Positions 1-8,336 of a stretch of DNA of 15,828 nucleotides are shown piece by piece. Made by a program: the position numbers and the translations under genes. Below the pieces are notes generated by a model, which saw nothing but the letters and a program-made list of their open reading frames with translations, did no database searches and was not told the origin of the DNA. The stretch's first letter is position 1. Every line of letters starts with the position of its first letter. This stretch comes from Candidatus Geothermincola secundus (GTDB taxonomy: Bacteria > Actinomycetota > Geothermincolia > Geothermincolales > Geothermincolaceae), in the NCBI GenBank assembly GCA_015711755.1, contig JACVIY010000060.1:1-15828 (forward strand). The letters are read 5' to 3'.

Positions 1-1277
1 GTATTCATGACTTCAGGCCCGTATATATCAATCGGAAGTGGAGGTTTAGGATACGGTGGGCGCGGCGATGCCTGCATCGGGGGGATGGGCTGGGGAGCTC
101 GCATCCCCCCTTCATGCGCTTGCTCAAGCGGAGCGGGAGGGCCGTTTGCGCCGGTCGGACCATGTGCATCAGCTCTCGACATGGCCGGATAAGGCGGCAT
201 AGGGGCATTCTTGCGAGAAGGCGGTCCTCCTTCTCCCAGTGCGGCCACCGGGTCCAGCAGAAGCAGGACGGCCAGACCGCATATCATGACCGAGGCGGCC
301 GCTTTGCCGGCCTTTCCGGATATACCGGGGACCGCGCGGAAAAAGTGGCCCAGGCCCTGATGCAGGGTCTCGAGGGAGAGGCCGCCCAACATGGCCAGCG
401 GAAGCAGAGCCCCGCCGTCCCAGAAACGGTTGGGATAGAAAAAGGCGATGGGGGCCATGCCCAGAAGCAGCGAGGGGAAGATGTAGTGACTTCCCTTCCG
501 TATATAACACAGCGGGAAGGCCAGCAGGGCCGCGATCCACAGGAGCAGATGCAGGGAAACGGGGGCCCCGGCCTGCTCCGCCACCGAGAAACTCGAGAGA
601 TGCAGCAGTATGTTCAACCCCCAGGGCAGGTACAGGAGATAGGCACTTACGAGCACCTTCAGATCCAGCCGCCACTTCTCCCTTCGATGCAACACGTAGA
701 TGAAGATGGACAGGGCCACCAGATGCCCCATGACCAGATGAGCGTAAAGACATGCCGCCAGCAATATGGCCGGCGTGACCCATCTATCCCTCTCCAGCGC
801 CAGGAAGATGAGGGGCGTCAGGACCATGACCAGCGCCGCCGCCGTGGTCACCGCGGTCTGGCGGAAGAACGCGTAGGGCACCAGCAGCAGGGCCGCCGAA
901 TAGAAAGCCTGCCTGGAACCGAAAAGCTGCCGTACCATCCACCACAGGGACAGCATAATCAGGGGGAACATGGCCAGGCTGAAGAAGGTCCCCACCGCCT
1001 CCTCGGATATGCCCAGCTCCAGGGGTACGCTCATCATCACGTGGAGCAGCGGGGGATAGATATGGGGTCTGCCCGTCGGCGCGTACTCCCACCAGTCCCA
1101 GGTGGTCACCCCGCCCGATTCGATGAAGCCGCGGGTCGTCGCCAGGTGATAGGGCATGTCGAGATAAACGGGGAACATGGAGAGGTTGGCGAGGATGAAG
1201 CCCAGGAGCACCAGAAAGAGGAGGAGGGAGGCCAGATCCCATGTGTTCCATCTGTTCCTACGGGGGGTCTCGCTCAT
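1..1277 (-). CDS. Polytopic membrane protein, GT-C-like glycosyltransferase candidate, with a Pro/Ala-rich C-terminal tail. 3' end is beyond the window start; about 425 codons are visible. Missing from the ORF track because there is no in-window stop.
   Basis: Manual translation from ATG (plus-strand cat at 1275-1277) gives MSETPRRNRWNTWDLASLLLFLVLLGFILANLSMFPVYLDMPYHL... with no stop down to nt 3. About 9-10 hydrophobic helices with an acidic residue in the first loop (YLDMPYH), typical of GT-C enzymes. RBS GGGGAGGATGCG precedes the ATG. The competing plus ORF 114..1619 is Arg/Gly/Gln-rich low-complexity antisense. Confidence 0.55.
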   Translation of the reverse strand, partial: MSETPRRNRWNTWDLASLLLFLVLLGFILANLSMFPVYLDMPYHLATTRGFIESGGVTTWDWWEYAPTGRPHIYPPLLHVMMSVPLELGISEEAVGTFFSLAMFPLIMLSLWWMVRQLFGSRQAFYSAALLLVPYAFFRQTAVTTAAALVMVLTPLIFLALERDRWVTPAILLAACLYAHLVMGHLVALSIFIYVLHRREKWRLDLKVLVSAYLLYLPWGLNILLHLSSFSVAEQAGAPVSLHLLLWIAALLAFPLCYIRKGSHYIFPSLLLGMAPIAFFYPNRFWDGGALLPLAMLGGLSLETLHQGLGHFFRAVPGISGKAGKAAASVMICGLAVLLLLDPVAALGEGGPPSRKNAPMPPYPAMSRADAHGPTGANGPPAPLEQAHEGGMRAPQPIPPMQASPRPPYPKPPLPIDIYGPEVMN

Positions 1278-1343
1278 CGCATCCTCCCCTCTCTGGAGCG
1301 CTTTGCCGGAAGCCATGCGCCTCTCGCCCATGCGGACCGCGGC

Positions 1344-1940
1344 TCATACCGCGCTCGCCTGCCCCTCTCCCTGTCCGCTCTCGCCCTCCGGAGCCTCCCA
1401 GGTCTCCAGCTTCTCGATCAGGGCCGCCTGCCGCTGCTCGATCTCCTCGGCATCCCGCAGAAGCCCGTCCAGCCTGACCTTCGCCTCATCCGCCCGGGAC
1501 AGCCATCCCTCGATGATCTCCACGGCCTCCTCGGTATTCCCGGAACGCAGTTCCCGCGCCAGTTCCCGGCGCGATTCCCGGTACTCTCTCACCCCGCCGA
1601 TGACCTTCCGCATCCCTGAAGCGAACCTCATCCAGTCGCGCATGAGGGACCGAAGCTCCGAGGCGAACGCCTCTCTCGCCTCGCCTCCCTTTTCCCGCAG
1701 GAGGGAAAACAGTTCCCGGCGCCCCTCCCTCAACTCCCCTACCGCGCTGCGCAGCGCCTGCATCTTCTCCTGCAGTGAGGCCCGCGCCTCCTCCAGCTCC
1801 TCCCGGTACCCCTGCAGCTCCGGGGGGAGCCGGTCCCCCGCGGGATCATCGCCTTCCGCCAGCGCCGGTAACATCGCCGGCGGGATGAGCAGGGCCGCCA
1901 GCATCACCACCGCCATCGCTTTCATCAAGCTCTTTTTCAT
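1344..1940 (-). CDS. Secreted alpha-helical coiled-coil protein (198 aa) of unknown function.
   Basis: N-terminal signal peptide MKKSLMKAMAVVMLAALLIPPAMLPALAEG, then a charged heptad-like helical sequence (ELEEARASLQEKMQALRSAVGELREGRREL...). RBS AGGAGGTGAGAGACG lies immediately upstream of the ATG at 1940. It sits 66 bp upstream of the membrane-protein gene on the same strand, so a likely operon. Confidence 0.65.
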   Translation of the reverse strand: MKKSLMKAMAVVMLAALLIPPAMLPALAEGDDPAGDRLPPELQGYREELEEARASLQEKMQALRSAVGELREGRRELFSLLREKGGEAREAFASELRSLMRDWMRFASGMRKVIGGVREYRESRRELARELRSGNTEEAVEIIEGWLSRADEAKVRLDGLLRDAEEIEQRQAALIEKLETWEAPEGESGQGEGQASAV

Positions 1941-2108
1941 CGTCTCTCACCTCCTGATCATCATTGTGGAAGCACGCCATTAAGCCCTCGCTAAGCGGTT
2001 GTAAAGTTTTTGTTAAGCGATCGGCGGGCCCCGCGACCATCCTCAGCCCGCCCAGCGGCGACAAGAGGAGGGATCGGCGCCCGCTCGCCCTCGCGGTGAT
2101 ACCGGCGG

Positions 2109-2117
2109 TGCTACAAT
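2109..2117 (+). promoter_or_regulatory. Extended -10 element TGcTACAAT, candidate promoter for the flotillin gene.
   Basis: TGCTACAAT at 2109-2117, 45 bp upstream of ATG 2162. No convincing -35. Confidence 0.3.
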
Positions 2118-2161
2118 GGGACTGTTCACTTGCGTTCCGGTTGTTTCAGGAGGTGGGAGAA

Positions 2162-4174
2162 ATGTCCGCAGCGATAATAGTTATGCTCGCTTTGCTGGCA
2201 GCCGCGGTGCTGCCTTCCATCCACCGCATCGGCCCCACCGAGGTGGGACTGGTGGTCAAGCGGTTCTCCCTGCGCAAGCTGTCCGAGGACGATCCCGTGG
2301 CCTTCAACAAGGAAGCGGGATATCAGGCGGACATGCTCATGCCCGGCCTGCGCTTCAAGTTCTGGGTGGTCTTCCGGGTGGAGAAACACCCCTGGGTGCA
2401 GGTCCCGGCGGGAGAGATCGGGGTGGTCATCTCCCAGGTGGGGAAGCCCCTACCCATCGGCGCCAAGTCCGCCGTCTACCGCAAGGAGTTCGGCAACTTC
2501 TCCGACCTCAACGCCTTCATGGCCAACGGAGGCCAGAAGGGAGTGCAGCGTCCGGTCCTGCCTCCCGGCACCATGGCCCCCATCCACCCCGTGGCCTTTC
2601 TGGTCATCACCCGCGAGCAGGTATACGGGCTGCCCGTGTCCCCCGAGCTCAAGAAGCTGGCCGGCAGGAGCGGCCGCCTGACCCCGGCCTCCTTCGGGCT
2701 GGCCCCCTGGCAGCTGGAGCTGGTGCGCATCTCCCCCCAGCCCAGCGAGGTGGAGGGGGAGCTCATAGACATGGTAGGCATCGTCACCACCTACGAGGGC
2801 GACCCCCTGCCCCCCGGGGCCATCGCCAGCCGCCTGGGTGAGTTCGACGACGTGCTCAACCTGGAGGCCCAGGGAGCCGGGGACCTGGAGCTCATCGACG
2901 CCCTGCTGGGTTCGAAGAACAGCCTGCACAACAACTACCAGGATTTCCAGGCCTTCCTGGACAGCGGCGGGAGGATCGGCCTGCAGCACGACCCCCTGCT
3001 CTACGGCGCCTACGCCCTCAACCCCTTCCTGGTGGGCGTGGAGCTGGTGCCCATGCTGGTGGTGGAACAGGGACAGGTGGCGGTGATCAAGGCCTACGTG
3101 GGCCTCTCCACCGAGGACACCTCGGGCGTCGAGTTCAAGTTCGGCTCGCTGGTGCGCCCCGGCCACCGCGGCATCTGGCAGGAGCCGCTGCGCACCGGCA
3201 AGTATCCCCTCAACCCCCGGGTGTACCAGGCGGAGATAGTGCCCACCGCCATCCTCACCCTCAACTGGGCGGAGGCCTCCTCCGAGGCCCACAGCCTGGA
3301 CCGCATGCTCAAGCAGATCGTGGCCAAGTCCAAGGAGGGGTTCATCTTCTCCATCGACCTGCAGGTCCAGATACACGTCCCCGACACCCGCGCCCCCAAG
3401 GTCATCTCCATGGTGGGGACCATGCAGAACCTGGTCAACGAGGTCCTGCAGGCGGCGGTGGGAAACCACTTCCGGGACAAGCTCCAGAGCATGCAGGCGG
3501 TGCAGTTCATCGAGACCCGGCAGGAAGTGCAGGTGCAGGCCTTCGAGCACATCCGGGACAAGCTGGGCGAGTACCAGGTGGAGACCAAGGGCGTGTACAT
3601 CCAGGACGTGGTCTTCCCGCCGGACATGGTACGGGTGCTCACCGAGAGGGAGATAGCCAGACAGGAGATCGAGACCTTCAAGAAGCAGAAGGACGCCCAG
3701 GAGCAGCGCATCGAGACGGAGAAGGCCAAGGGCACCGCGGACATGCAGGCGGAACTGGCCCAGTCCAAAGTGGGGGTGGAGATAAAAACCAACAACGCCA
3801 ACGCCCGCAAGGCCGAGGCGGACGGCGAGGCGGCCTACATCCGCGAGACCGGCGCCGCCAAAGGCGCCGAGGTGGAGGCGGTGGGCATGGCCCGGGCCAG
3901 GGCTTACCAGGCCCAGGTGCAGGCGCTGGGGTCGGTGCCCACGGCCGTGGTCAACGCGGTGGACTCCCTGTCGCGCAGCGGGGTGCGCTTCGTGCCCGAG
4001 ATACTGGTGGCGGGGGGAGGAGGTGGCGTGCTGGAGGGCCTGGCCTCCCAGCTCATGCGGGTCCTGGCGAACACCGGGCAGGCCGGGGAAGCGGACGGGG
4101 CGGCCGGCGTGGCCCCTCCTCCCGCGGAAACGCCCCCGGCGGGACCGGCGGCGCCGCCCCCGCCGCAGGCGTGA
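2162..4174 (+). CDS. Flotillin-like SPFH/band-7 protein (YqiK/FloT family), 670 aa.
   Basis: Start chosen at ATG 2162, preceded by GGAGGTGGGAGAA. The track ORF from 1964 is an upstream in-frame extension with no RBS. N-terminal TM (MSAAIIVMLALLAAAVLP) is followed by an SPFH domain, then an E/A/K/Q-rich flotillin-type coiled coil (ETEKAKGTADMQAELAQSKVGVEIKTNNANARKAEADGEAAYIRETG...) and a Pro/Ala tail. Confidence 0.85.
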   Translation: MSAAIIVMLALLAAAVLPSIHRIGPTEVGLVVKRFSLRKLSEDDPVAFNKEAGYQADMLMPGLRFKFWVVFRVEKHPWVQVPAGEIGVVISQVGKPLPIGAKSAVYRKEFGNFSDLNAFMANGGQKGVQRPVLPPGTMAPIHPVAFLVITREQVYGLPVSPELKKLAGRSGRLTPASFGLAPWQLELVRISPQPSEVEGELIDMVGIVTTYEGDPLPPGAIASRLGEFDDVLNLEAQGAGDLELIDALLGSKNSLHNNYQDFQAFLDSGGRIGLQHDPLLYGAYALNPFLVGVELVPMLVVEQGQVAVIKAYVGLSTEDTSGVEFKFGSLVRPGHRGIWQEPLRTGKYPLNPRVYQAEIVPTAILTLNWAEASSEAHSLDRMLKQIVAKSKEGFIFSIDLQVQIHVPDTRAPKVISMVGTMQNLVNEVLQAAVGNHFRDKLQSMQAVQFIETRQEVQVQAFEHIRDKLGEYQVETKGVYIQDVVFPPDMVRVLTEREIARQEIETFKKQKDAQEQRIETEKAKGTADMQAELAQSKVGVEIKTNNANARKAEADGEAAYIRETGAAKGAEVEAVGMARARAYQAQVQALGSVPTAVVNAVDSLSRSGVRFVPEILVAGGGGGVLEGLASQLMRVLANTGQAGEADGAAGVAPPPAETPPAGPAAPPPPQA

Positions 4175-4202
4175 ATTATCGTTACAATTTGTAGATATTT
4201 CG

Positions 4203-4218
4203 AGGGCCGTCCGGCCCT
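4203..4218. terminator. GC hairpin AGGGCC-gtcc-GGCCCT in the 59-bp spacer between convergent genes, a possible bidirectional terminator.
   Basis: Perfect 6-bp stem with 4-nt loop. No clean U-tract on either side (AT-rich tacaatttgtagatattt on one flank). Confidence 0.25.
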
Positions 4219-4233
4219 GCCCACCCCGCTGCG

Positions 4234-5016
4234 CTATTTCTTCAGGGCGCCGAGGGCGGCCAAAACCGCCCCTCCCGCCAGGGAGAGGATGCCGGAGACG
4301 GTCCACAGCGCCGAACTAAGGCGGTACTTGCGGCTGAGCTCCTCCTCGCTCTTGGCGCTGATGATGAATTTACCCCCGCCCGCGGCCACGCGGGCCTGCT
4401 CGCCGTCGCGCTGCACGCTGCCCAGCACGTAGAGGGGCCGCCCCACCGGGATCACCCATTCCGATGTGCGGTAGCGGGAATAGAAATCGTACTGGCTGGT
4501 GAGCACGGTGGCCACGGTGTCCAGCACCTTCTGCCCCACGGTCTGCTGGGGGATGCTGTAACCCAGGGCCCCCTGGGCGTTCTTCAGGGTGCGCTCGGGG
4601 ACGAACTCCGCCCCCTCGGGCATGACCCAGATGGACCCGCTGGAGTCGCGCAGCACGAAGGGGGTGGAGCGCTCCTCCTCGTAGACCACATCCCAGTCCT
4701 GGTGCTGCTGCATGGTCCCGTCGACATCCCTTTCCATGCGCACGTTCAGGCCCTCCACCTTGTGCTTGAAATAGAGGCAGGGGGTGTTGGTGGCGGGCGA
4801 GGTCAGCGGGGGCTGACCCTCCGCGGTGCCCTTGATCTCCACCTGGCTCCCCGCCAGGGTCCCCGCTGCCGCCGCGGCCTGGGCCACGCTCATCGTGGAG
4901 GTGCCGCTGACCGCCCTGAGCTTGCCCCGGCTCCTCGTCCCCAGGATGAGGGCCACCACTCCGAAGACGACCAGAGCTCCCCCGATGCCCAGCATGGCCC
5001 ACTGAGTCGTCGTCAT
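4234..5016 (-). CDS. Membrane protein with N- and C-terminal TM helices flanking a ~200-aa domain. The topology resembles GIDE/MUL1-like bacterial proteins (hypothesis).
   Basis: Start at ATG 5016 (MTTTQWAMLGIGGALVVFGVVALILG...), 34 bp after the plsC-like stop. The track's 5076 start would overlap the upstream gene and lacks an RBS. C-terminal TM is ALWTVSGILSLAGGAVLAALGALKK. The family call is by architecture only. Confidence 0.55.
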   Translation of the reverse strand: MTTTQWAMLGIGGALVVFGVVALILGTRSRGKLRAVSGTSTMSVAQAAAAAGTLAGSQVEIKGTAEGQPPLTSPATNTPCLYFKHKVEGLNVRMERDVDGTMQQHQDWDVVYEEERSTPFVLRDSSGSIWVMPEGAEFVPERTLKNAQGALGYSIPQQTVGQKVLDTVATVLTSQYDFYSRYRTSEWVIPVGRPLYVLGSVQRDGEQARVAAGGGKFIISAKSEEELSRKYRLSSALWTVSGILSLAGGAVLAALGALKK

Positions 5017-5050
5017 CTCCGCCACCACCGCGACCACCACCTTTCTTCCT

Positions 5051-5917
5051 TCATGCTCCTTCCTTTGCCTCCTCATCCGCCCGCCGGGCTCTCGGCATCT
5101 CCCCGGCCGGCAACTCCGCTTTCACCCAGCCCCGCGGCAGCAATTCGAACACCCGGTCCCTGATGAACTCGTTGTCCTCGCCCTCGGCCATTCGGCAGAA
5201 GCGGTCGAAGCTGACGCCCTGCCGCTCCACGTAATCCAGGATGAGGTCGATGATGCGCGCGATCATGCGCATGCCCCGGCGGTCGCGGTCCACGTGCTCG
5301 CTCCACTGCCGCAGCGCCTCCACCTGCTGGCTGACCATCTCCTCCGCTCGGCTCTCCGCAGTACCCAGCTTCTCCAGAAAAACGCGCCGCGGCGGCATGA
5401 AGAAAGGCCTTCCTATGTTCACCTGCACGCCCCCGTCCTCCTCCCGCCTGAACACGGCCAGGGGCAGGATGGGGGCGGGGGCGGCGCGGGCCAGATTGGC
5501 CACGCCGTAGCGGAACCACCCCAGCTCCCGACGCCTGCCGCGCGTCCCCTCCGGGAAGACCAGCACCGCCTCTCCTTTTCTCAGGCGCTCCATGCTGAGC
5601 CGGATGACCTCCTCGGCATTCCCCTCCTCCCGGTCCACGGGGATGACCCCGAAGACCTTCCAGAGCAGCACCCCGAGAAAGCCCTCCTGCCCCTTTTCGA
5701 TGCCCCGCTTGGCCCAGGGCCAAAGGTGGGTGCGGGTGAGGGCGGGCTTCAGGGCCAGGGCAATGGCCACCACATCGATGGAGGACTGATGGTTGGATAC
5801 CGCGATGAAGGGGCCGTAGCGGGGCACGTTCTCTTCCCCCTGCACGCGCAGCCGGTATTTACGCCCCCTTGCTGCCCAAGCGAAAAAAGGCCTTATGAGC
5901 ACGTACCTCCACCACAT
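5051..5917 (-). CDS. plsC: Lysophospholipid / 1-acyl-sn-glycerol-3-phosphate acyltransferase (PlsC family) with a ~100-aa C-terminal extension.
   Basis: HX4D motif (VSNHQSSIDV) and FPEGTR motif. RBS GGGAG lies 9 nt upstream of ATG at 5917. Confidence 0.85.
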   Translation of the reverse strand: MWWRYVLIRPFFAWAARGRKYRLRVQGEENVPRYGPFIAVSNHQSSIDVVAIALALKPALTRTHLWPWAKRGIEKGQEGFLGVLLWKVFGVIPVDREEGNAEEVIRLSMERLRKGEAVLVFPEGTRGRRRELGWFRYGVANLARAAPAPILPLAVFRREEDGGVQVNIGRPFFMPPRRVFLEKLGTAESRAEEMVSQQVEALRQWSEHVDRDRRGMRMIARIIDLILDYVERQGVSFDRFCRMAEGEDNEFIRDRVFELLPRGWVKAELPAGEMPRARRADEEAKEGA

Positions 5918-5948
5918 AGGGATGCTCCCGTGACTCCAAGCCGCCGCG

Positions 5949-5962
5949 AATCATGAATGATT
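5949..5962. promoter_or_regulatory. Palindrome AATCAT-ga-ATGATT in the divergent plsC-like/MCP intergenic region, a candidate operator.
   Basis: Perfect 6-2-6 inverted repeat, 32 bp upstream of the plsC-like ATG (5917). Confidence 0.3.
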
Positions 5963-6041
5963 TTAACATAACGCACTTTGGCCGTGCAGCGCCCACACAC
6001 CGCGCAACGCCGACCGCCGAGCATTGCGAGCGGCCATGGTT

Positions 6042-6047
6042 TATAAT
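6042..6047 (+). promoter_or_regulatory. Perfect TATAAT -10 hexamer, candidate promoter of the MCP gene.
   Basis: tggtttTATAATcg lies 34 bp upstream of ATG 6081. The nearest TTGACA-like -35 (TTGCGA 6024-6029) has only a 12-bp spacer, so -35 support is poor. Confidence 0.35.
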
Positions 6048-6080
6048 CGACGCGCGAGGCCCGGGTAACAGGAGGGGTAG

Positions 6081-8267
6081 ATGCTCGGGGAAGGCGGCTG
6101 CTCGGTGGATTTCTTCGGCTTGAGGAACCGCATAATATTCTGGTCCCTCATGGTCACCTTCTTCTACGGATATCTATTCGACTGCCTCCTGCGGATATTC
6201 ATATATTCCTTCGACGGTCGCATGCACCTCTTCGTCCTCTATCACGCCGGGGTGACCAGCCTCATCGTCTTCCCGCCGGTGATCATTTTCGTGGTCAGGC
6301 GCTTCACCGGACTTCGGGATGCGGTGATGGGATGGAACGACGCCATCGCCAAGAGCGGGGAAGAAAAGCTGGCCGCCGCCTCGCGCGCCCTGCGCGCCCT
6401 GGAGCGCTATCCGCTGGAGATATGCCTGATCGGCCTGGCCGGCGGCATCGTCCTCTATCTGGAGGACTGCATCTCTCTCTATTATTTCGGCCGCATGAAC
6501 GGGCCGCTGGTCTTGCTCTATTTCCTCTCCGGGATATGCGTGGTGCTCACCACCGCCTTCCTCCTCTTCACGGTGATCCACCACCTGCTCAGAGCGGTGC
6601 GCCGCCAGTGCTACCGGCAGTTCCCCCGCGAACTGCGGCTCAAAGGCATCGACATCGGGCCGCGGTTCGTCGCCCTGGTCGCTCTGCTCATAATCCTCTC
6701 CGTGGGCCTGGTCAGCGAGACGGGCATGGCCCGCACCGTCTTCACCATCCGTAGACAAGTGGGCCTCCGGGCGGTGGAGAACGCCTCGCGGGTGGCGGAG
6801 AGGTTGCGCGGGGGCGGCCTCACCCGGGAAGACCTGGAGGAGGCCGCCTCTTCCCTGGCCCTATACCCCGACGAATATATCGCGGTGGTGGATGAAGAGG
6901 GGGAGGCGGCGGGAGAGGCGTTCCTGGGCGAGTTCGATCCCGGCGGCCTCCCCGATGACTTTCTCGACGACCTCAAGCGGAAGGCGGCGGCCGGCGGTTC
7001 GGGCTATTCGGTGGGGCCGTGGGGGCGGGCCCTGGCGGCATGGGTGCCGTTACAGGAGGGCGGATCCGGCCTCATCATCGCCGTTCCTCTCGATCCCTTC
7101 ATGGGAGACGCCAACCGCATGGTGTTCTACCTGGCCATAGTGGGGTTGATGATCATGGTGGTCACCCTGGTCTCCGGCTTCCTCACTCTGCGCAGCGCCG
7201 CAGCCCCTTTGAAGTCGCTGGAAGAGGCCTCCCGCCGCACCGGTGAAGGGGATCTCACCGCCGAGGTGGAGATCGCCTCCGCGGACGAAGTGGGCCGGCT
7301 TTCCGCCGCTTTCCGGGACATGGTGCTGGACCTCCGCGAAGCGCTGGGTTCCTCCCGGGAGGTATCCGAGCTGGTCATGGAGGAATCCGCCTCGGCCTCG
7401 GACTCCGCCGAGCAGGTCAACGCGGCGCTGGAGCAGCTGAGCCGCATCGTCCAGCAGCTCTCTCGCAACGCGGCCGCCGAGAGCGACCAGATGCAGAGGA
7501 TCACCTCGGCCATGCGCGAGATGATGGGGGTGATCGAGGAGAGCTACGACCAGTCCAACCGGGGAGTGGAGGTCAACCAGGGAGCTTCCCAGGTCGCGGA
7601 GGCGGGCCTGCTCAACGCCAATGCCGCCGTGGCCCAGATGGAGAAGGTCCAGGCCATCATGCAGGAAGCCGTTCGCTCCATCGACTCCCTGCAGGAGAAG
7701 ACGGAACAGATCGGCATCATCGTCGAGCTCATCCGCAGCATCGCCGACCAGACCAACCTGCTGGCGCTCAACGCGGCCATCGAGGCGGCGAGGGCCCAGG
7801 AATTCGGGAGGGGCTTCGCGGTGGTGGCGGAGGAGGTGCGCAAGCTAGCGGAGGAGTCGGCCCGGGCCACCGAGCGCATCGGAGCCCTGGTGCGGGAGAT
7901 CGAGGCGAGTACCGCCCAGTCGGTATCCTATATGGAGAGGAGCAGCGAAGAGGTGTCCGCGGGGGTGGAGAAGGTCAGGAAGACCGGCTCCTCGCTGGAC
8001 GACATCTTCGAGCTGGTCAGCCAAGCGGTGGAGCTCTCCGGGGCCATCGCCGCCATCACCCAGCGCTCCATGCAGCAGAGCGAGGCCCTGCAGGGAGCGG
8101 TGGAGGAGATGGGGCGCATCATCGAGTCCAACGCCGCGTCCGCCCAGGAGGTGGCCGCCTCCATCGAGGAGCAGAGCGCTTCCATGCAGGAACTGGCAGG
8201 TTCCAGCGAGAAGGTGGCCCGGCTGTCGCGGCGGCTGCAGGAGCAGGCCGAGCGATTCCGCCTCTGA
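6081..8267 (+). CDS. Methyl-accepting chemotaxis protein with 5 TM helices, an extracytoplasmic Cache-like domain, a further TM, HAMP and the MCP signalling domain.
   Basis: RBS AGGAGGGG precedes ATG 6081. HAMP is [41 protein letters not shown]. The signalling-domain core is [40 protein letters not shown]. The N-terminus has multiple hydrophobic helices. The ~140-aa loop before the last TM ([16 protein letters not shown]...[17 protein letters not shown]) is Cache-like by eye. Confidence 0.85.
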   Translation: MLGEGGCSVDFFGLRNRIIFWSLMVTFFYGYLFDCLLRIFIYSFDGRMHLFVLYHAGVTSLIVFPPVIIFVVRRFTGLRDAVMGWNDAIAKSGEEKLAAASRALRALERYPLEICLIGLAGGIVLYLEDCISLYYFGRMNGPLVLLYFLSGICVVLTTAFLLFTVIHHLLRAVRRQCYRQFPRELRLKGIDIGPRFVALVALLIILSVGLVSETGMARTVFTIRRQVGLRAVENASRVAERLRGGGLTREDLEEAASSLALYPDEYIAVVDEEGEAAGEAFLGEFDPGGLPDDFLDDLKRKAAAGGSGYSVGPWGRALAAWVPLQEGGSGLIIAVPLDPFMGDANRMVFYLAIVGLMIMVVTLVSGFLTLRSAAAPLKSLEEASRRTGEGDLTAEVEIASADEVGRLSAAFRDMVLDLREALGSSREVSELVMEESASASDSAEQVNAALEQLSRIVQQLSRNAAAESDQMQRITSAMREMMGVIEESYDQSNRGVEVNQGASQVAEAGLLNANAAVAQMEKVQAIMQEAVRSIDSLQEKTEQIGIIVELIRSIADQTNLLALNAAIEAARAQEFGRGFAVVAEEVRKLAEESARATERIGALVREIEASTAQSVSYMERSSEEVSAGVEKVRKTGSSLDDIFELVSQAVELSGAIAAITQRSMQQSEALQGAVEEMGRIIESNAASAQEVAASIEEQSASMQELAGSSEKVARLSRRLQEQAERFRL

Positions 8268-8336
8268 CCCCGGAAAGCGCCGCGAAACGGATGCTTTTGC
8301 CGCACATCCTTCCCGGGGTGACTGCGTGTGGGGTCT

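Noticed and set aside
114-1619. 501-aa plus-strand ORF, the largest in the track for this region.
   Set aside because: Arg/Gly/Gln/His-rich low-complexity translation with no hydrophobic core or motifs. The opposite strand encodes an obvious TM protein with an RBS. Typical antisense ORF of GC-rich DNA.
1964-2161. N-terminal extension of the flotillin ORF to ATG 1964.
   Set aside because: No RBS, a non-protein-like sequence, and it overlaps the divergent promoter region. The internal ATG 2162 has a GGAGGTGGG RBS and begins exactly at the TM helix.
2450-4306. 618-aa minus-strand ORF, plus the 2116..2841 and 3094..3810 ORFs.
   Set aside because: Antisense or off-frame to the flotillin gene, whose SPFH and flotillin coiled-coil identity is unambiguous. 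The translations are Gly/Arg/His/Leu low-complexity.
5073-5723. Minus-strand 216-aa ORF and plus ORFs 5241..5956 inside the plsC-like gene.
   Set aside because: Off-frame or antisense to a gene with diagnostic HX4D/FPEGTR motifs. Gly/Arg/Pro-rich.
8268-8336. Possible bidirectional terminator between the MCP and SDR genes (GGATG-N11-CATCC; CCCCGG...CCGGGG).
   Set aside because: Stems are short with long loops and no U-tract. Too weak to call as a feature, and possibly a non-canonical terminator.
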